Origin: Candidatus Moanibacter sp.
GTDB lineage: Bacteria > Verrucomicrobiota > Verrucomicrobiia > Opitutales > UBA2987
Length of the DNA: 64,000 nt
NCBI GenBank assembly: GCA_965215885.1
Contig: CBDCEW010000091.1
Span: 32,001-96,000 of the forward strand
Reading direction: 5' to 3'
Shown: in pieces, positions 20,110-29,934 of the stretch
Position numbering within the stretch: the stretch's first letter is position 1
Layout of the letters: every line of letters starts with the position of its first letter
The notes under the pieces: generated by a model
The model's input: only the letters and a program-made list of their open reading frames with translations
The model's database searches: none
Told to the model about the DNA's origin: nothing
Made by a program: the position numbers and the translations under genes

Positions 20110-20535
20110 TTTGCATTCCGAGGTTGGTCCCGCGTTCTGCCGGACGGCAGAGTGCTACAAACGTGTTTCCCATTGGCGGTCGATCCTTATTTTTTATTTT
20201 CAATAAATTGAAAATAATAGCGAATTATCATTAAGAATTAGAGGCTCGGTGCTAGGAATAAGAAACCGATTTGGATCCGGATGTTGTTACTCCAATTCGT
20301 GATTACGATGCGGTCCCGGAAAACCTACCCTTAACCCGAAAATCTCGCTACCGATCGCGCTCAGCGGCCCTGCAATAGGGCAGGGTCTTGCAATTTTCGG
20401 CTTCTAGTCCGCTTAATCTGCGAAATAAGCGGACTAAATATGCGAAACAGCGCGAAAAAGGGTGGGTTCGAGTCGAGGCCGTGCATGAATTAGTCTTGCA
20501 AGAATGGAATGGCGCAGACAATGGTGGGCAGGCGA

Positions 20536-20775
20536 ATGGATCCCTTGATCAACTTACAAGACCCGGTTGCGAAGGTGGTAGGGAAACGAAGGCCGCCGCG
20601 CGATTCCTTCAGTGCGGGTATGGACCTCCAGGACACCGTGGTGGCGCTCTACCGTTCCCAACGCATGGGCCTAGTGCCGAAGGGAGTATACCGGTTCAAT
20701 TCTCACGAGGAAGCCGACGAATGGATGTGGGCGATGCTGGCAAGGCGCAGGAAACGGGAGCCGACGACGAGCTAG
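20536..20775 (+). CDS. Small hypothetical protein, putative partner/antitoxin of the downstream nucleotidyltransferase
   Basis: 79 aa with PKGVYRFNSHEEADEW. Overlaps the downstream gene start. Confidence 0.6.
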   Translation: MDPLINLQDPVAKVVGKRRPPRDSFSAGMDLQDTVVALYRSQRMGLVPKGVYRFNSHEEADEWMWAMLARRRKREPTTS

Positions 20776-21257
20776 AGTCGCGTGCTCCGCGCGAAGACGA
20801 TCTCGTTCTGATCTGCCGGCGTCTCAACGAACTGGAGGCCGATTACATGGTAATCGGAGGATTCGCGATTATCATGGCTGGATTCCCGCGAGCCACAGTC
20901 GATATCGATCTCCTGGTGGCGACCGATCCGGAAAACGAAGCCCGCGTGCTTGAGGCACTGGAGATCCTTCCCGATCGAGCTGTCAGGGAGCTGAAGATCG
21001 GCGAGATCAACAGTTACGAGGTTGTCCGTGTCGCAGACGAAGTGGTGGTCGATCTTATGAAGAGCGCATGCGGAATCGACTACGCGGAAGCGGCGCGCGA
21101 TGTTGTTATCCGTCAGGTCAAAGGAGTCCCCATCCCATTCGCGTCGCCTCGTCTTCTATTCCGCATGAAAAGAGCAACCCATAGGGAAAAAGATGCCGCC
21201 GATCTTGTTTTTCTTAAACGGTATCTCGCCCAACGCGGCGGCGAGGAATCAGAGTAG
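20721..21257 (+). CDS. Nucleotidyltransferase (Pol-beta/AbiEii-like)
   Basis: VIGGFAI...PRATVDIDLLV and MK...REKDAADL. Confidence 0.8.
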   Translation: MDVGDAGKAQETGADDELESRAPREDDLVLICRRLNELEADYMVIGGFAIIMAGFPRATVDIDLLVATDPENEARVLEALEILPDRAVRELKIGEINSYEVVRVADEVVVDLMKSACGIDYAEAARDVVIRQVKGVPIPFASPRLLFRMKRATHREKDAADLVFLKRYLAQRGGEESE

Positions 21258-21324
21258 GGCGTCCACAGGCCTTCGCCTCAAGAAACTGCGAAGCAGTTTC
21301 CCATAACCGGCGCGCCAGCGCCGG

Positions 21325-22161
21325 TTATCCTTTGACCCCGCCGAGCTGGATACCCGCCACGATCTGTTTCTGCATGAAAACAAAAAAGACCACTAGCGGC
21401 AGGACATACATCACGGTGGCCGCCATGAGCAACTCGGTCTGGGCGGCGTAGTCCGATCGAAAGCTCATGAGGCCGATGGGGAGGGTGCGCAGGTAGTCGT
21501 CCTTGATCATCACCAGGGGCCAGAAGAAACTCTGAAAATTGCCCAGATAAGTGAGGATGGCGAGGGTCACCAATCCTGGCCGGGACAGTGGTAGGATGAC
21601 GTCGAGAAAAATCTGCAGGTGGCTGGCGCCATCCATTTTGGCGGCCTCATCATAGGAGCTCGGTAAAGTGAGCATGAATTGCCTGAGCAAGAACGTGCCG
21701 AAGGTGGTGAAAGCCTGGGGCAGGATCAGACCGGTGTAGGTGTTGACCAAACCAAGGCCCACCATAATTTGGTAATTCGGAATGAGCAGCACGATCCCGG
21801 GAATCATCATAGTCGAGAGGTAGAGGAGGAAAACCTTGTCGCGTCCCGGCCAATGGATGCGCGAGAAGGCGTAGGCGGCCATTGCGCTGGTCAATACCTG
21901 CAGTGCGGTCACCCAGGAAGCGACGAAAAGGCTGTTGAAGTACCATTTGGGAAAATCCAGATCGAGGAACTTCTTCGTGTAGGGTTCGGGGGCCATGCGC
22001 AGGACCACGCCGAAATTCTCGACCTGGGCCGATTCCGGCAGCAACTTCAGGGAGAAAATCTCCGGCCGCGACTTAAGGCTGGCCGCAAGCATCCAGAGAA
22101 ACGGAAAAATCAAGAGGGCCGCGAAAAAGACCATGAGAAGATGTTTGAGCATTATCTTCAT
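21325..22161 (-). CDS. Carbohydrate ABC transporter permease (MalG-like)
   Basis: FNSLFV, EAAKMDGAS EAA loop, FFWPL and C-terminal GGVKG. Confidence 0.95.
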   Translation of the reverse strand: MKIMLKHLLMVFFAALLIFPFLWMLAASLKSRPEIFSLKLLPESAQVENFGVVLRMAPEPYTKKFLDLDFPKWYFNSLFVASWVTALQVLTSAMAAYAFSRIHWPGRDKVFLLYLSTMMIPGIVLLIPNYQIMVGLGLVNTYTGLILPQAFTTFGTFLLRQFMLTLPSSYDEAAKMDGASHLQIFLDVILPLSRPGLVTLAILTYLGNFQSFFWPLVMIKDDYLRTLPIGLMSFRSDYAAQTELLMAATVMYVLPLVVFFVFMQKQIVAGIQLGGVKG

Positions 22162-22564
22162 TGATTTCTTAGCGCATTAAATTCGGAACCAAATTGGAAG
22201 GTCCTTCCGTAGTGAAAAGATTTGAACAGAAGGAAACAGAGATAAACGAAGAGGGATGAGAGAAGAGGAGTAACCCACGGATGGCTCCGCTGTACCACGG
22301 ATGGAAAGAGTGAAATTGGAAAGCGAAAGGGAGCCCTTCATTCATTCGTTGCTGACTCATCTTCCCGCTCAGTGGGATTGCGGCTTTGCGTGAGATTTTT
22401 TCCCTTTTCCTCTCCGTAAACAGATTGGGTTTATCCTCCAGGAGCAATGGGACGATTTCGGGAAGCTGACGATGCTCAAGCGGGGCCGCAAGGCGGCCGA
22501 CTCACTAACGGGGGAACTGAGCCATCTTGAAGAGGGCCTGTCGATGGATTCACTGCCTTGACTC

Positions 22565-22770
22565 TATCGGGTACAAGCCACAACTGGTTCGCAGCGAAAA
22601 CGGTTTTGTCACCAGCCTGATCGTACCGCAAGGCAATGCGGCAGACTCCATTGAGCTGGCGCCGGCCATCGGCGATTCGATCAAGCGCACCGGTGTCATT
22701 GCTGAACTGATCAGCACCGATGACGGATATGCTTCGGCGAAGGGGCGCAAGGAGGTGCTGAGCATGGGGG
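22565..22770 (+). pseudogene. DDE transposase fragment (ISNCY/IS5-like)
   Basis: IGYKPQL..GFVTSLIVPQGNAADS...STDDGYAS resembles a DDE core. No start codon or IS ends are visible. Confidence 0.55.
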
Positions 22771-23043
22771 TAAACGAAGTCGTGCGCTTCGCGGCCGTAG
22801 CGCCAGTTGACCAGGGTGAGCGCGAAAATGATGACAAACAAAACCCAGGCGATAGCGGATCCGTAGGCAAGGTCCAGCCGTTCAAAGCCTCTGTCCTGTT
22901 CAAAATAGCTAAAGGTTTGACTCTAAACGAAGTCGTGCGCTTCGCGGCCGTAGCGCCAGTTGACCAGGGTGAGCGCGAAAATGATGACAAACAAAACCCA
23001 GGCGATAGCGGATCCGTAGGCAAGGTCCAGCCGTTCAAAGCCT
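22771..23043. repeat. Exact 120-bp direct repeat of the permease 3' end with a 33-bp spacer
   Basis: 22771-22890 equals 22924-23043. Confidence 0.95.
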
Positions 23044-24029
23044 TGTTGGTAGATATAGTAAACGAGGGTGGTGGTGGTGCCCGGACCGCCGCCGGTCATG
23101 AGACGGACCGCTTCGAACCCGCCCTGTAAACCGCCGATGACTCCGGTAACAACGAGAAAGAACGTCACCGGGGCGAGTTGCGGGATCGTGATGTAGCGGA
23201 GTTTCTGGAGCCAGTTGGCGCCGTCGATATCCGCCGCTTCGTAGAGTTCCGGCGGGATATTAGCGATACCGGCGAGGTAGAGCAGCATGTGTGTGCCACC
23301 GATGCCGGCCCACAGGCCCATGATCATGATCGCCTCTCGGGCGCCGAGGCCGAAGCCGCCGTTATTGAAATAGTCGGGCAGCGGGAGGAAACCGAGGAGC
23401 GATTTCGTGCTGCGCAGCCAGGTGGGCATGTCCACGTCGAGACCGAAAAAGCCGGTGATAGATCGAAGGACCATGTTGATAAATCCAAAATCCGGGTTGT
23501 AGAGCTGCGCCCAGAGCAGAATCGTGGCGGCGCCGGCGGTGAAATGAGGAAGGTAGAAGACCGTGCGGTAACTGACCGAACCGAAGCGAAATCCCAGAGC
23601 GATGATCAGACCGAGCGCGCAGAGGAAATAACCAACGTCCGCGTAGCCGGCGAGGGCCAATCCGGCGGTGGAGAATAATGCGATCGCCAGACAGATGATG
23701 GCGGAGCTCCGGTTCCGGGAGGGATCCCGAAATTCGAACTTCTCGCTCAAGTAGACCGCGGCAAGAAGGGAACCGAAGATCGACAGGGGCAAGGCGGAAA
23801 GTAGATAAATCGTGTTAAAGAAATAAAAGAGGACATAGCGATCTTGAAAGAGTCGCTTGTAATTCTCCAGACCGACAAACTCCAGCGGCACGGAAACCTG
23901 CAGGCTCCATGTGGAAAAGCTGCCGAGAAAACTCATGATGACCGGCACTGACGTAAAGGCCAGAAACCCAAGGAAATTCGGGGCCAGGAACCCGATGGCG
24001 ATAAGCGTTTCTTTGCTGCGAGTGGTCAT
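22923..24029 (-). CDS. Carbohydrate ABC transporter permease (MalF-like)
   Basis: FLAPN, FVGLENY, YEAADIDGA and MTGGGP. Confidence 0.93.
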   Translation of the reverse strand: MTTRSKETLIAIGFLAPNFLGFLAFTSVPVIMSFLGSFSTWSLQVSVPLEFVGLENYKRLFQDRYVLFYFFNTIYLLSALPLSIFGSLLAAVYLSEKFEFRDPSRNRSSAIICLAIALFSTAGLALAGYADVGYFLCALGLIIALGFRFGSVSYRTVFYLPHFTAGAATILLWAQLYNPDFGFINMVLRSITGFFGLDVDMPTWLRSTKSLLGFLPLPDYFNNGGFGLGAREAIMIMGLWAGIGGTHMLLYLAGIANIPPELYEAADIDGANWLQKLRYITIPQLAPVTFFLVVTGVIGGLQGGFEAVRLMTGGGPGTTTTLVYYIYQQGFERLDLAYGSAIAWVLFVIIFALTLVNWRYGREAHDFV

Positions 24030-25498
24030 GGAGACGACCCCTTTCCGGCAGGGCCAAGGCTTGCGATTTCCTCGGCCCGGCGGCGCGACTCAACCAGGTC
24101 CTGGTAACGCTTTCGCAACCCCGGGTTACGCGACAGGTTCAATGCGATCAGCGCTTCGGCTTCTTGCTTCGCCTGACGTAGCGCTTCGCGCGTGTCGAGC
24201 GCGGGGTTGGCATTCAACCGCTCAAGATGCCTGGTGATGACCCGATTCAGGTCGATAACGGAGAGAAACGGGCTCTTGCGCGGGCTGTAGCCGTAGGCGA
24301 GCGACTCCACGTTGGCCCGGTGTACTTTGATTTCGGACAATTCGGGATAACCTGGGGATAGGCCGGCGTCGACGAATTCCGGGATGGGTGGCAGGTAGTC
24401 GAGGGTCTGGTTTACGATCCGGCAGTATTCCTCGCTCCTGAGAAACGAAAGGAACCGCAGGACGGCTTCGCGTTTCGTGCTTTGCCGGTTCACCGCCACG
24501 GAACGGGCGCCCACCCCGATTGCCGGGGGCAAACCCTCAAAGTGCGGCATGAGAGTCGCTCCCACTCGGATGACCTCGGGGCGCGGCTTGTTCCCGCGGT
24601 CAGGGTCCGCTTGCCATTTCTCGAGCTGGTCCCGCTGATGGTCGACTGCCTGGCGGAGGTAGGCGAGGAGCGATTTCGGGCGCACGATCATGGCGAACCT
24701 CCCCTGGGCGAAGAGTTCCTGGGAGACATCACCCCCGCTTCGGCCCGTCAATTCGGCAAATTCGTCTGCATTCAACCGCACGCCGTGCACGTCGGCGAGG
24801 TCGCGGTAGAGCTGGACGGCCCGTACCATGGCATCGCTGTCCACCAGGACTTCGGTACCGTCCGGCGAGAAGAATTCCCCGCGCAGGGTGTGAAAGATGT
24901 CGGTGTGGCCGAGTTTGACGATCCCGTAAATCGAGTCGTAGGGATTTTCGGCCATGTAGGTGACGTTCTTTGCGATTTCAATAAACTCGCGCCACGTCAA
25001 CGGAGCCTCGGGGTAGGGAACATTGAACCGATCGAAGATATTCTTGTTGTAGAACAGAATTCGCCCGTTAACCGAGAGCGGCACGCCGTACTGTTTACCG
25101 TCAAAACTCACCTGTTCGCGCAGCCCGGGTCACGCGGTCGCATCGTCGATTTCAAGGCCGTATTGGTCCAGGTAGGGGTCGAGTTCAAGAACAATGCCCG
25201 TCTCGGAACCGGCTTGAATGTAGGCGTCGTAAAAGGACTCAAACATATCGGGCCCGACACCGCTGCTGCACTGCAGGATCAGTTTGCGGAAGTCGCCGAA
25301 GTTGGCGAAATCCGCAATGATTTTGAGGTCGGGGTTGGCCTGGTTGAAAGCCGCGATTTGGTCCGCCCGGGCGGGCGTGCTGTTAGTGGCGTAGACGATG
25401 GCGTTTTCGCCGGCGCTTGGGCTCGGAGGTACCAGCAGTTTAGCGATGATGGTCCAGACCGCGAGACCGACAGCAATCGCAGCAAGAACGGTTTTCAT
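24026..25498 (-). pseudogene. ABC transporter extracellular solute-binding protein with an in-frame TGA at 25130-25132
   Basis: ORFs 25130-25498 and 24026-25111 share a frame. GPDMF, LELDPY, FDGKQYGVP, LFYNKNIF and FAQGRFAM. Confidence 0.8.
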
Positions 25499-27054
25499 AA
25501 GTCGTTTCGTGGGCTGAAGGATGCGCGGAACAGGTCATCATCGAGCCATTCCACCACGCGATTGGGATCGCGAGGTATGCCGGCGGCATCTTCAGCAGGA
25601 AGAAACCGCCGCAAACGGTTAATAACCCGCCGATGCTCCCCTTTGGAGGCGACATTCCGCCACTCGTGCGGATCGTCGCTGTGGTCGTACAGTTCCTCGC
25701 TTCCGTCCGCGTACCGGATATACCGCCAACGAGGTGATCTCAACGAATGGTTGCCGCGACCGTAGGTTGTAAGAACGGGGGACCGGCGTCCCTTTCTTGG
25801 TTTTCTGGTCATTGGGGATATGTCCTCGCCTTCAAGCCGGTGGGAAGTCGGATGCGGAAGACCGCACAAACGAGTCAATGTTGGATAGATATCGATGAGA
25901 CTGACAGGCGTCGAACAGTCGGATGGTTCTCTCTGTGTCTGTCCCGGCACGGACACGAGGAGCGGCACACGCGCACTTCGCTCCCAGAGCGTAAATTTGT
26001 TCCAATGCTCTTTTTCTCCGAGATGATAACCGTGATCACTGCACGAAACGATAATGGTGTTGGAATTATGCGGCGAGGCTTCCAGGGCGTCGAGAACGCG
26101 CCCGATTTGCTCGTCTGCGTACGAAATCGATGCGCAGTAGGCTTGGATTGCGTGCAGCCAGAGGCCTTTTTCGACGAGTGTGCGATGTGTGTCGGGCGTA
26201 ACATTGCGGCTCGCCAGCCACCGGGCCGGAGGCGGCAGATCGTCAAGATCACCGTCGGTGTAGCCGGATGGTGTCCTGAGTTCGCTTACCGGATATAGAT
26301 CGAAGTAACGCTTGGGTACGAACCATCTGGAATGCGGCCGAAAAATGCCGAGCGCGGCGAAAAAAGGAGTATCCTGAACCGTTTCGATCACTTCAGCCGT
26401 CCGTATGGCGTAGCGGGTGTCCTGCTGCATCCTGTCTGGGTCTTCCCGATCCCAGCTATCGGGTAGCGCGCCCCAGGAATAAGGCCAGACCGGATCAATG
26501 CTCGTGACGGATTCCGCTTCCGCGTAAAGTCCCCTCTCGCTTCCCTGTCCGGCGTAGTAACCGTCGCTCCAGGAATGGGCGTCCCGGTCCTGGTACCTCC
26601 CGTGAAAGATCTTGCCGTAACCGGCCGCGAGGTAGCCGTTGGCCTTGAAATGCTGCGGAAGGTTGACGACCTCGCCTAACCAACCGCCCGCGTCGCGGTA
26701 GGATTGGTTGTTGAAATATACGCCCGAAGTTGACGGCCGTATGCCGGTCAGAAAACTCGTGCGGGACGGGCCACAGGCTGGGGCCGAACAATAGGCGCGT
26801 GTAAACACGGTGCTGCGCTTGGCCAGTCGTTCGAGATTCGGAGTGTAGACACGGGTATCGCTGAGCAGCGGGGTCCAGTCGTTCATGTCGTCGAATACGA
26901 TCATGAGGACGTTTGGCCTGTTTGCAGAGCCGGTTTTTGGGTTAAGTTTTGACAATCCGAAATGAGGAACCGTGACCACAGCGCCGGCGGTCAATGTAGC
27001 GCGTTTGAGAAACGATCGCCGACTTTCCGATTGCGCCGTGTCCTTAAAATCCAT
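25495..27054 (-). CDS. Sulfatase (iduronate-2-sulfatase/choline-sulfatase-like) with Tat signal
   Basis: SRRSFLK Tat motif, PNVLMIVFDD, CGPSRTSFLTG (CxPxR), GKIFH and SDHG. Confidence 0.93.
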   Translation of the reverse strand: MDFKDTAQSESRRSFLKRATLTAGAVVTVPHFGLSKLNPKTGSANRPNVLMIVFDDMNDWTPLLSDTRVYTPNLERLAKRSTVFTRAYCSAPACGPSRTSFLTGIRPSTSGVYFNNQSYRDAGGWLGEVVNLPQHFKANGYLAAGYGKIFHGRYQDRDAHSWSDGYYAGQGSERGLYAEAESVTSIDPVWPYSWGALPDSWDREDPDRMQQDTRYAIRTAEVIETVQDTPFFAALGIFRPHSRWFVPKRYFDLYPVSELRTPSGYTDGDLDDLPPPARWLASRNVTPDTHRTLVEKGLWLHAIQAYCASISYADEQIGRVLDALEASPHNSNTIIVSCSDHGYHLGEKEHWNKFTLWERSARVPLLVSVPGQTQREPSDCSTPVSLIDIYPTLTRLCGLPHPTSHRLEGEDISPMTRKPRKGRRSPVLTTYGRGNHSLRSPRWRYIRYADGSEELYDHSDDPHEWRNVASKGEHRRVINRLRRFLPAEDAAGIPRDPNRVVEWLDDDLFRASFSPRNDL

Positions 27055-27191
27055 CGGAAGTGAGTGTGTACTACGGGAAGATTGAATCAATAGTCGACGC
27101 GAGGTCAAAAATTGAAACCACGATCTGGCATGGGAGCTGGTCGAAAATTCTTAACGCCCTTCGTTCCTCCCGACTGCGGGGTTTATTCAAC

Positions 27192-28124
27192 TTACTCATC
27201 CAATCCGCTGACTTTGCTTCGCGCGTCAACGTCGGGATAAAATCCGAAGATGCGCAATTTGTCTGACAGCAGCCTGTCCAGGGCTGGAAGGTCGTGTGGA
27301 TACACGGAGATCAGGCGCTTGCCTTCTTGTTGGTAGAGAGTCTGTTTCTTATACATGCTCATCTTGTACTGATGTGTGTCGAGTCCCCAGTACTCAACGT
27401 AGACATCGAGCTCGGGCAGATAAAAGTCGGGCCTGATCTGGAACTCGGCAATGATGCGGAACTTGCCGTCGTAGCGATACCCAAGGCCGTGCGCCGTAAG
27501 CCAAGTCGCGATGCGCCTTTCTCCTTCGGACTGCACTACCGTTCCGTCCCGTGCCTCAATGGTCTTGTTGATCTCGACCTGCGCCTCGAAGTTTCGCCGC
27601 TCAAGGAATACCTCGTCGAAGCACCGGTCGCAGAATACGCGCTGGAATGCCTGTTGCGAGCGCCCAAATTCGTCAGTCGTAACTTGCGCGTTGCATCGCT
27701 GACAGCGTTTCTCGGCGGCGGAAACACTGATTCGCACGGCTTCCTCGATAAATTCCACTGCCCCGGCTGCATCGCGCTGGATGTAGTGCTTTTCAGTAGG
27801 GTTCATTGCCATATCACGTAGATCGGACAGGCATTCTTGCGCCGCCGCGCCGTAAGCTTTCAACGCCTTAATTGCGTATTGGCGGGTCTGTGGATGCGGA
27901 TCCCGACAAGCAACCGATGCAAGCGCTTCTACGGCGGTCGCCTGATCCACTCCCATCCAGGCCAATTTGCCCAGCGCCGAAGCCGATAGCCTACGCACGT
28001 TAGCGGACGAGGACCGCAGCAGCTCAAGCAACTCTTGGAATGCTTCGACCTCACCTTCGCGACCGATCGCTGCGGCGCGGGCCGAAAGCCGCTTGGCAAA
28101 TTGCTTGTCCATGGGATTCTTCAT
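27192..28124 (-). CDS. HEAT-repeat + CxxC/CxxC zinc finger + PD-(D/E)XK-like nuclease protein
   Basis: VRRLSASALG and TRQYAIKAL HEAT repeats, CQRC...CDRC, and SEGE..IA...RPDFYLP..VEYWG. Confidence 0.7.
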   Translation of the reverse strand: MKNPMDKQFAKRLSARAAAIGREGEVEAFQELLELLRSSSANVRRLSASALGKLAWMGVDQATAVEALASVACRDPHPQTRQYAIKALKAYGAAAQECLSDLRDMAMNPTEKHYIQRDAAGAVEFIEEAVRISVSAAEKRCQRCNAQVTTDEFGRSQQAFQRVFCDRCFDEVFLERRNFEAQVEINKTIEARDGTVVQSEGERRIATWLTAHGLGYRYDGKFRIIAEFQIRPDFYLPELDVYVEYWGLDTHQYKMSMYKKQTLYQQEGKRLISVYPHDLPALDRLLSDKLRIFGFYPDVDARSKVSGLDE

Positions 28125-28319
28125 TTGTTCGCCGACATCGGCGTCGACGCGCGTAAGCAAAGTCAGCCGCTGCCGTCCAAGATCTCAATCGGCTTCTTAG
28201 TCACATGGTTAGTCAATGATCCGCGTTTTCATAGAATGCTGTCGTTTGATGAAATGGAAGCAGAAAGTCTGAACCATCTATGAAGAGTTCGAGAATTCCG
28301 GTAGTGGTCCGACAGAATT

Positions 28320-29933
28320 CTAAGCGGTGTATATAGTTAAACCATCCAGCGTTTTTCGGTCACCGCGAAAAGCCAGGCTGGCGACATACCCAATCAGATA
28401 GCAGGAAGCCATTCCCGTGAAAATATAAACAAAGAAGTGCAGAGGGCTATGCATTTTCACAAAGTACTGTATCACACCGCTTGCGAAGAACCCGACGAGT
28501 ACGCCGGCGCCGTTGGCGCGGGTCGTAAGCACGCCGAGCAGGAATACCCCGCCCAGGCCGCCGCCGAAAAGGCCGAAAAATTCCATCGTTTTGTCGAACA
28601 GGGATCGAATCTCGAAGGTTGCGAGGAAGAGCGCGACCCCGGTTCCGAAGAAACCTAGCACCGCGGTCAGTAAACGTCCGGACAAAAGATAAAAGCGTTC
28701 GCTCGCGGGCGGGCGCAAGCGGCGCTGCAAATCTGTGACGATGACCGCCGATGAGCTGTTAATGGCGCTGTCGAGGCTGGACATGGCGGCCGAAAAAATA
28801 GCCGCGATGAGAAGTCCGGCTATTCCTGCCGGCATCTCGTTGACGATGAATGTGGGAAAGATTTCGTCGGGCGTGCCCATGGACGCGTCGGCGCGCTCCG
28901 GAAAAGCGCGGTAGTAGCCGTAGATGGCGGTGCCCACCGCCAGGAGGAGCCAGCTTGTGAGAACACCGACGAACCCGGCAAGCCAGACGCTGCGGGCAGC
29001 CTGTTTTTCGTCCCGCGTCGAGATATACCGCTGAACCAGCGTCTGGTTGGCGATGTAGTTTTTAAACCCGCCGACCCAATGGAGCATGAAGACCCAGACG
29101 GTTGCGGTCGTAAGATCGAGGTTCCAGTCGAACGCCTTGAGTTTTCCGGCTTCCGACGCGGCGGTGATAATCTCCGGCGCGCCACCGGGTACTCGGGAAG
29201 CGACAAGAATAATCGCAAGCAATGCGCCACCCATCATCACCAGAACCTGCACGAAATCGGTCCAAATCACCGCTTCCACGCCCCCCAAGAGGGTGTATAT
29301 TGTCGCGATCACCCCCATGATCGCGATGCAGACAAAAATATTCATGTCCGCGACGACGGCCAGAGCGATCGCGGGAAGCAGGAAGAGGATGCCCATGCGG
29401 GCGATTTCGTATACCAGAAACGCGGTGCTGCCGACGATCCTGACGCTCAGATCAAAACGCGCTTCCAGGTACTCGTAAACGGTGGTGATATTCAGGCGGC
29501 AGTAGAACGGGATGACGAGCTTCGCGACGAACCAGGCGGCCGCCAGATTTCCGACCGGGAGCAGGAAATACAGCCAGTTGGTGTCGAAGGATTTAGCGGG
29601 CAGCGACATGTAGGAGACCGCACTCAGTTTCGTCGCCACGATGCTCAGACCGGCTGCGTACCAGACCACCCTTTTGCCTCCGCGGAAATAGTCATCGGTC
29701 GACTTTTCCCACTTGGAAAAATAAAAACCGACGAGGAGCAGAAAACCGAAGTAAGCGGCCAGCGCGAAATAATCCATCGATCCGAGACCACTCGATTTAA
29801 CATCAGCGACTTCCCCTACAGTCGCGATAGGGGTTACCGCGAGCGCGGGGTCGACGGCTCCGAACGCGCTCGGCACGACCGTGAGACAGAGCAGAAGCCG
29901 GAGAACGAGAGAACGTCGAAGCGAAAGCAGCAC
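28320..29933 (-). CDS. Sodium:solute symporter (SSS; SiaT-like)
   Basis: DDYFRGG, SAVSYMSLP, YEYLEARF, AVIWTD, VQRY and AAMSSLDS. Confidence 0.92.
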   Translation of the reverse strand: MLLSLRRSLVLRLLLCLTVVPSAFGAVDPALAVTPIATVGEVADVKSSGLGSMDYFALAAYFGFLLLVGFYFSKWEKSTDDYFRGGKRVVWYAAGLSIVATKLSAVSYMSLPAKSFDTNWLYFLLPVGNLAAAWFVAKLVIPFYCRLNITTVYEYLEARFDLSVRIVGSTAFLVYEIARMGILFLLPAIALAVVADMNIFVCIAIMGVIATIYTLLGGVEAVIWTDFVQVLVMMGGALLAIILVASRVPGGAPEIITAASEAGKLKAFDWNLDLTTATVWVFMLHWVGGFKNYIANQTLVQRYISTRDEKQAARSVWLAGFVGVLTSWLLLAVGTAIYGYYRAFPERADASMGTPDEIFPTFIVNEMPAGIAGLLIAAIFSAAMSSLDSAINSSSAVIVTDLQRRLRPPASERFYLLSGRLLTAVLGFFGTGVALFLATFEIRSLFDKTMEFFGLFGGGLGGVFLLGVLTTRANGAGVLVGFFASGVIQYFVKMHSPLHFFVYIFTGMASCYLIGYVASLAFRGDRKTLDGLTIYTA

Positions 29934-29934
29934 G

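Noticed and set aside
22169..22447. 92-aa ORF between the permease genes
   Set aside because: Composed of purine-rich low-complexity and repeat-like sequence, with no protein features.
25130..25132. Selenocysteine or recoded TGA in the solute-binding protein
   Set aside because: The context (ATA*PGL) fits a Trp codon mutated or mis-called. There is no catalytic Cys role, and TGA is a normal stop elsewhere in the window.
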